Origin: Chitinophagales bacterium
GTDB taxonomy: Bacteria > Bacteroidota > Bacteroidia > Chitinophagales > Chitinophagaceae
Length of the DNA stretch: 64,000 nt
Assembly (NCBI GenBank): GCA_038327865.1
Contig: JBBQLL010000012.1
Coordinates: 24,726 to 88,725 of the forward strand
Reading direction: 5' to 3'
Part shown: piece by piece, positions 59,435-64,000 of the stretch
Position numbering within the stretch: the stretch's first letter is position 1
Layout of the letters: each line of letters begins with the position of its first letter
The notes under the pieces: generated by a model
Databases searched by the model: none
The model's input: the letters and a program-made list of their open reading frames with translations, nothing else
What the model was told of the DNA's origin: nothing
Program-made: the position numbers and the translations under genes

Positions 59435-61477
59435 ATGAGACAAATCTGTATTTTCTTAAGTGTTGTAATATGTGTTTTAGGCACAGCTAATGGATACTGC
59501 CAAAACCTTGTAACTACTTATACAACCAATAAAATTACAAAAGAAAAACTTTGGGGATTTTGTGATAGGTTTTATTCTGCTGAAATTATTAAGTCACAAT
59601 ACGATTCAACAATGGCTTTTACAGAAGGTTTGGGTAGAATAAAATCTGGCGAAAAATATGGGTTTGTTGATAGCAAAAACAAGCAAGTTATTCCACCAAA
59701 ATATGAGCTTGCCGACGCTTTTTCTGAAGGATTAGCAATGGTAATGCTAAATGGCAAGACAATATATATTGATAAAAATGGTACTGATGTGTTTAAAAAA
59801 ACTTTCAAGATGGGTACTGCATTTCACGAAGGTTTTGCAATGGTTTGGAATGATGAAAACAAAGCAGGATTTATTAATGCAAAAGGCAATCTTGAAGTGC
59901 CATTTAAGTATAATAAAGCGTTTCCTTTTAACGGTGGATTAGCTACTGTTATTTCGGAAACTGATAATAAATGGACAGCTATAAATACAAAAGGTGAGAC
60001 TGTTTTTGTTTTTGATGAAAAGGTTAAGAATGTTTTGGGAGGTTTTAATGATGGGCTTGTAAGCGTTTTTGTTGCTTCGGTAGGTAACGATAATAATTAC
60101 GATTTTGTAAATGAAAAAGGACAATTTATTTGCATTGCACCTTATCGTTTTACAACACCGTTTAGCAATAGAAAAGCAATTATAGCGTATCAAAATAAAA
60201 ATAGAGAATTAGGTAATTATCAGGTTTTTAAATATGGCATAATAAACAGAGAAGGCAGCGAAATTGTAAAAGCACAATATGCTTGCCTTCAAGAAAGTCT
60301 AATACCTAATATTTATTTTTATGGTAAAACTTCAGAATCTTTTTCAAGTTGTAATGGTTATGGGTTGCTAGATAGTACGGGCAAAGAGCTAACGCAGCCA
60401 CTGTACAAAAATTTTACGCGATTAAATGATACAACATTTTTATGTAAAACTGTAGCTAGAAATGAGTATTTGCTTTTAACAACAAAAGGTAAAGAATTAC
60501 TATCCTCAAAGTATAATGATGTAGCATATAATATAATTGGAAGCGACACATTATTGTTTTTAATCCTTAGTAGTGAATTAAGTATTTATAATACTCAAAA
60601 AGGGTTACTAAAAGAAAATTCATCGTATTTAATTAAGCTTTTTGAAAAACAAAAACTTTTGCTTTTTGAAGATTCGAGATATACATCAGGTTCTCTTATA
60701 CATATGGATGGGAAATTGATTTTAGATAATATACAAACACATATTTTTGAGCGTGATTCAACATTAAAAAACGATATACCTTTTATTTTAGTACGTAACC
60801 AGCAAGATAAAGATTTTAAAATGTTTAATATAAATACTTTAAAATTTATGCCTTTTGAGTATCAGTTTAAGGATTACGTGTCATCATATTACACTGATAA
60901 TTTTAATGAAGGATTATTAAAAGTAGGAGTTAAGACAAAATATGGATATATAGATACTAGTGGCAAACTAAAAATTCCTGCTATTTACGAAAAAGCAAGA
61001 GATTTTCATAATGGGTTGGCTGTTGTAGGCAAAAAAGGGAAAACTGAATATAGCGATTATATGGTGTATATAAATAAGTTAGGTATAGAATTAAAAGGCA
61101 TAAAAGCTGCTTCCCCTTACGCGTCAGATTTTAGCGAAGGTTATGCTTTATATCAAAAGGCAGATAGTCCAAATAAAGGAATTAACGATAAGTTTATTTA
61201 TTATATTAATACACAAGGGAAAGTAATATTTAAATCAGAAAGTGAGGAATATTTTCAGCATGGCGGTTTTTCAAATGGTTTAGCCGCAGTGTCTAATGCA
61301 GCTGGTAAATATGGCTATATAAATACTAAAGGGGTTTTAGTAATTCCCTATCAATTTGATATGCCAAAAGAAAAAATATATGCTTTCGAAATTAAATTTG
61401 ATAAATATGGGTATGCTAAAGTTGAAAAAGATGGGAAAGCGGTAACAATTGATAAAACAGGTAAGGTAGTTAAGTGA
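59435..61477 (+). CDS. Secreted WG-repeat protein (N- and C-terminal repeat blocks)
   Basis: Signal peptide; repeated 'YG(F/Y)I(N/D)..G..vIp..Y..a..FseGLA'. Confidence 0.88.
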   Translation: MRQICIFLSVVICVLGTANGYCQNLVTTYTTNKITKEKLWGFCDRFYSAEIIKSQYDSTMAFTEGLGRIKSGEKYGFVDSKNKQVIPPKYELADAFSEGLAMVMLNGKTIYIDKNGTDVFKKTFKMGTAFHEGFAMVWNDENKAGFINAKGNLEVPFKYNKAFPFNGGLATVISETDNKWTAINTKGETVFVFDEKVKNVLGGFNDGLVSVFVASVGNDNNYDFVNEKGQFICIAPYRFTTPFSNRKAIIAYQNKNRELGNYQVFKYGIINREGSEIVKAQYACLQESLIPNIYFYGKTSESFSSCNGYGLLDSTGKELTQPLYKNFTRLNDTTFLCKTVARNEYLLLTTKGKELLSSKYNDVAYNIIGSDTLLFLILSSELSIYNTQKGLLKENSSYLIKLFEKQKLLLFEDSRYTSGSLIHMDGKLILDNIQTHIFERDSTLKNDIPFILVRNQQDKDFKMFNINTLKFMPFEYQFKDYVSSYYTDNFNEGLLKVGVKTKYGYIDTSGKLKIPAIYEKARDFHNGLAVVGKKGKTEYSDYMVYINKLGIELKGIKAASPYASDFSEGYALYQKADSPNKGINDKFIYYINTQGKVIFKSESEEYFQHGGFSNGLAAVSNAAGKYGYINTKGVLVIPYQFDMPKEKIYAFEIKFDKYGYAKVEKDGKAVTIDKTGKVVK

Positions 61478-61548
61478 TAATTTAAAAGCGAGTTATCTAT
61501 TTATAATACAACCTACAAAAATTTTAAAGACATAAAAACTAAAAAAAA

Positions 61549-62574
61549 ATGAACACAATTAATAAAAATTTACTTGTAACATTAATTTTCATTTTTGTAA
61601 TTTTTGGCAAGAGTCACAAATCAGATGCTCAGTTTGTTATCAAATTTAAAAAAAATGATAAATATGGGTTAAAAAATGCCCAAGGAAAAGTAATTGTACA
61701 ACCAAAATATCAACGCATTGGTAAATTTTCTAACAACCTCGCAAGCGTTTATATCTCTCAAGGAACTAGCAGTCTGGATTTTGAACTCAAATTTGGCTAT
61801 ATAGATAAAACAGGAAAGGAAGTAATACCATTAAAATACGGATATACCGATGACTTTTCCGAAGGGCTAGCTTATGTAAAGCCAGATTTTGAATATGGCT
61901 ATATTGATAAAACTGAAAAAACAATTATCCCATTTATATATAGTAATGCCAATGCTTTTTCAGAAGGGCTTGCTTGTGTAGAAAAAGATGGTAAATATGG
62001 CTTTATAGATAAAACTGGAAAAACAATTATTCCTTTTATATATAGACAAGCTGGAAGTTTTTCCGAAGGTCTTGCAAAAGTATTAATAAATATGAAATAT
62101 GGCTTTATAGACAAGGCTGGGAAAATAATTATACCATTAGAATATGATAATGTTGAAAGCTTTTCAGAAGGATTTGCACTGGTACGAAATGGTTCTAAAT
62201 ACAGTTTCATAGATAAACTTGGAAAGAAAACTCTTGAATTAGAATATAATGGCGCTGAAAGTTTCATCGGCGGCTTATCAAGAGTAGATATTGGAAATGA
62301 TAATACTGGGCGTAAATGTGGCTTTATAGATAAAACGGGAAAAACAATTATCCCATTTATATATAGTGAAGCAGGAAATTTTTCAGAAGGTCTTGCAAGT
62401 GTAGGTATAGGAAGTGATAAAACAGGCATGAAATGTGGCTTTGTAGATAAGACTGGAAAGGTAATTATTCCTTTAATTTATAGTCGTGCAGATGAATTTG
62501 AAAATGGGCAGGCGCAAGTTGAATTAAATGGCGAGTATTTTTTCATTAATAAACTTGGTAAAAGAATAAAGTAA
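61549..62574 (+). CDS. Secreted WG-repeat protein
   Basis: Signal peptide followed by ~8 near-regular 35-39 aa repeats 'YGFIDKTGKTIIPFIYS.A..FSEGLA.V'. Confidence 0.92.
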   Translation: MNTINKNLLVTLIFIFVIFGKSHKSDAQFVIKFKKNDKYGLKNAQGKVIVQPKYQRIGKFSNNLASVYISQGTSSLDFELKFGYIDKTGKEVIPLKYGYTDDFSEGLAYVKPDFEYGYIDKTEKTIIPFIYSNANAFSEGLACVEKDGKYGFIDKTGKTIIPFIYRQAGSFSEGLAKVLINMKYGFIDKAGKIIIPLEYDNVESFSEGFALVRNGSKYSFIDKLGKKTLELEYNGAESFIGGLSRVDIGNDNTGRKCGFIDKTGKTIIPFIYSEAGNFSEGLASVGIGSDKTGMKCGFVDKTGKVIIPLIYSRADEFENGQAQVELNGEYFFINKLGKRIK

Positions 62575-62663
62575 GTTGCTTAATTATACTTTCTAATTTA
62601 CAAATAGTATTAAATTGTTTGGTAGTGATACACAATGCATGCTATAAAAACGTAACATAATTA

Positions 62664-62725
62664 GTTGTGTTGAGGAACGAGACAGCTTATTGAATTAGGT
62701 TAGCTTCCTAGTTCCTCGGAATAAC
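62664..62725. repeat. Degenerate palindromic element (GAGGAACGA...GTTCCTC type)
   Basis: GTTGTGTTGAGGAAC ... GTTCCTCGGAATAAC imperfect inverted repeat with inner AGCT arms. Confidence 0.5.
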
Positions 62726-62906
62726 GTTTAACCCGAAATTACTTATAATATTTACCAGCATACATTTAAAATCCCTATTATTTATTTTAGGTCGTTCGCA
62801 AGCTTTTTATAAGTGTGGCAGTTCTGTGTAACATATAAAAAACATTCTAGAAAACTTTAATTGAATAGCCAAATAGAAGTTTTACTAAAAAATGGGCTAA
62901 TATAAT

Positions 62907-62920
62907 TACTACTTTTTTCA
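62907..62920 (+). promoter_or_regulatory. Candidate operator (copy 2 of TACTACTTTTTTCA)
   Basis: Identical to 58646-58659; ATTACTA (62905) / TAGTAAT (62934) also forms an inverted repeat. Confidence 0.4.
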
Positions 62921-63123
62921 CACTTTTTTACAATAGTAATACAATCATCTTGCAGCTATAAATAGTTCTGAAAAGTAGATTATTAATTTAAGGTTTAAAT
63001 ATACATAAAATCTAATTTTTTTCTCTTTTCAATTTTATCGACTAACAATAATACAAGCCTTTCCTGCTTAGGCATTTAAGTAGGGGCGTAACTGAAAAGC
63101 CAAATGAGTAAGAGACTAAAATT

Positions 63124-63561
63124 ATGAAAAAGAAATTGCTGTTATTGCTGCTTGTAATTAGTGGCTTTGTTGTAAGCGTGTATTCGCAAAATACGTATCA
63201 GGCATTAGAAGGTGATTTTGACCGCAAAGGCGAATTTGATAAATGGAATGAATGGACTAAAGGAAAATATTCGAATGGAACAATTGTTGAATATAGGGGT
63301 ATGTTATCTGCTTCAAAAAAAGGATGCAAGGTAACTGTTGAAGTAAAAAATCTTTCCGAAGACAAAATAAAAATGTTGGTATCATTTTCTTACAACATAC
63401 CAAAAATTACGATACCTATGACAGGATTTGAAAAGATCTCCATTAAGCCAAGTGAAATTGTAAGCACTTCCTACACGTCAAGCTTTTGTGGTGGTAAAAG
63501 TAATGATTACAATGCTTGCTATAGTTGCGGGCACTCGTTTGAAATAGTTCTGAAACCATAA
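63124..63561 (+). CDS. Hypothetical secreted protein
   Basis: Signal peptide; 145 aa; four Cys including C-terminal FCGG...ACYSC. Confidence 0.7.
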   Translation: MKKKLLLLLLVISGFVVSVYSQNTYQALEGDFDRKGEFDKWNEWTKGKYSNGTIVEYRGMLSASKKGCKVTVEVKNLSEDKIKMLVSFSYNIPKITIPMTGFEKISIKPSEIVSTSYTSSFCGGKSNDYNACYSCGHSFEIVLKP

Positions 63562-63633
63562 CCGAGCGATAAAATGGCATCGTTACAAAGTAAATGCTAC
63601 TGCAATCAATCACAAAAAAAATAAAAATTAATT

Positions 63634-64000
63634 ATGAGAACAGAAATTAAAATAATAAAAAGCATTGGTATTATTTGCTGCCTAGCATTTTTGCTAACAA
63701 GCTGTTACACAGCTAACCATGCTTTTAACTCGGGCTCAAAAACACCTATATACTTAAAAATTAACGATTCAAAAAATTACCAGTTTTATGTAGATGGTAT
63801 AGCAGTTCAGCCAAAATCAACCTTGTACAAGAGCCGGTTAGTTTCTAGCTCAAGCAATACAGTCCTAAATACCACATATACCACTAATACATACGAACGT
63901 ACCTATCTGCCCGCACTAAATGTAAAAGCCAATAAACCATATGTAACGGTAAAAGTAGTTTCTGAAGGCGGTGGCGAGACAAAAGATTATCTACTCAAAA
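63634..64000 (+). CDS. Hypothetical lipoprotein, runs off the window end
   Basis: My translation: MRTEIKIIKSIGIICCLAFLLTSCYTANHAF... open to position 64000; lipobox LTSC; not in the ORF track. Confidence 0.7.
   Translation, partial: MRTEIKIIKSIGIICCLAFLLTSCYTANHAFNSGSKTPIYLKINDSKNYQFYVDGIAVQPKSTLYKSRLVSSSSNTVLNTTYTTNTYERTYLPALNVKANKPYVTVKVVSEGGGETKDYLLK

Noticed and set aside
61899-62429. 176-aa antisense ORF with repeats
   Set aside because: A mirror of the WG-repeat gene on the opposite strand
59435-62574. Diversity-generating retroelement template/variable repeats
   Set aside because: No reverse transcriptase, and the repeat differences are not adenine-specific; these are ordinary protein repeats

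Overview
About 64 kb of AT-rich bacterial chromosome (roughly 30-37% GC by eye). The gene set, TAnnTTTG promoters and SD-less starts indicate Bacteroidota, most likely Chitinophagaceae (inference). Most of the window is housekeeping: tpiA, pruA, gapN, hpt, cobB, holA, pyrE, hppA, an ALDH7, a YeeE/YedE pair, a TonB receptor with LytS/LytTR, a DUF2723 GT-C, MlaD/OstA and an Lhr-like helicase. I recognised no rRNA, tRNA, CRISPR array, integrase or transposase. Two accessory regions stand out. (i) 18.8-23.3 kb holds three co-oriented orphan secreted/helical genes, each followed by a palindromic element, plus a ~190-nt multi-hairpin element, a 13-unit 21-bp degenerate tandem array and an orphan gene 3' end. 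(ii) 54.2-64 kb is a signalling island: a FIST protein with a soluble kinase, a 7TM-DISM kinase, one NarL/LuxR regulator, two WG-repeat proteins and orphan exported proteins, divergent from a RoxA-like dihaem cytochrome. Also notable are an uncharacterised GCS2 ligase/ATP-grasp/esterase cluster (30.6-33.7 kb), two in-frame 7-bp-periodic insertions in the helicase gene, an apparently non-canonical helicase start, twin leaderless-type promoters and several decayed gene remnants. All family calls come from motif recognition by eye; no database searches were run.
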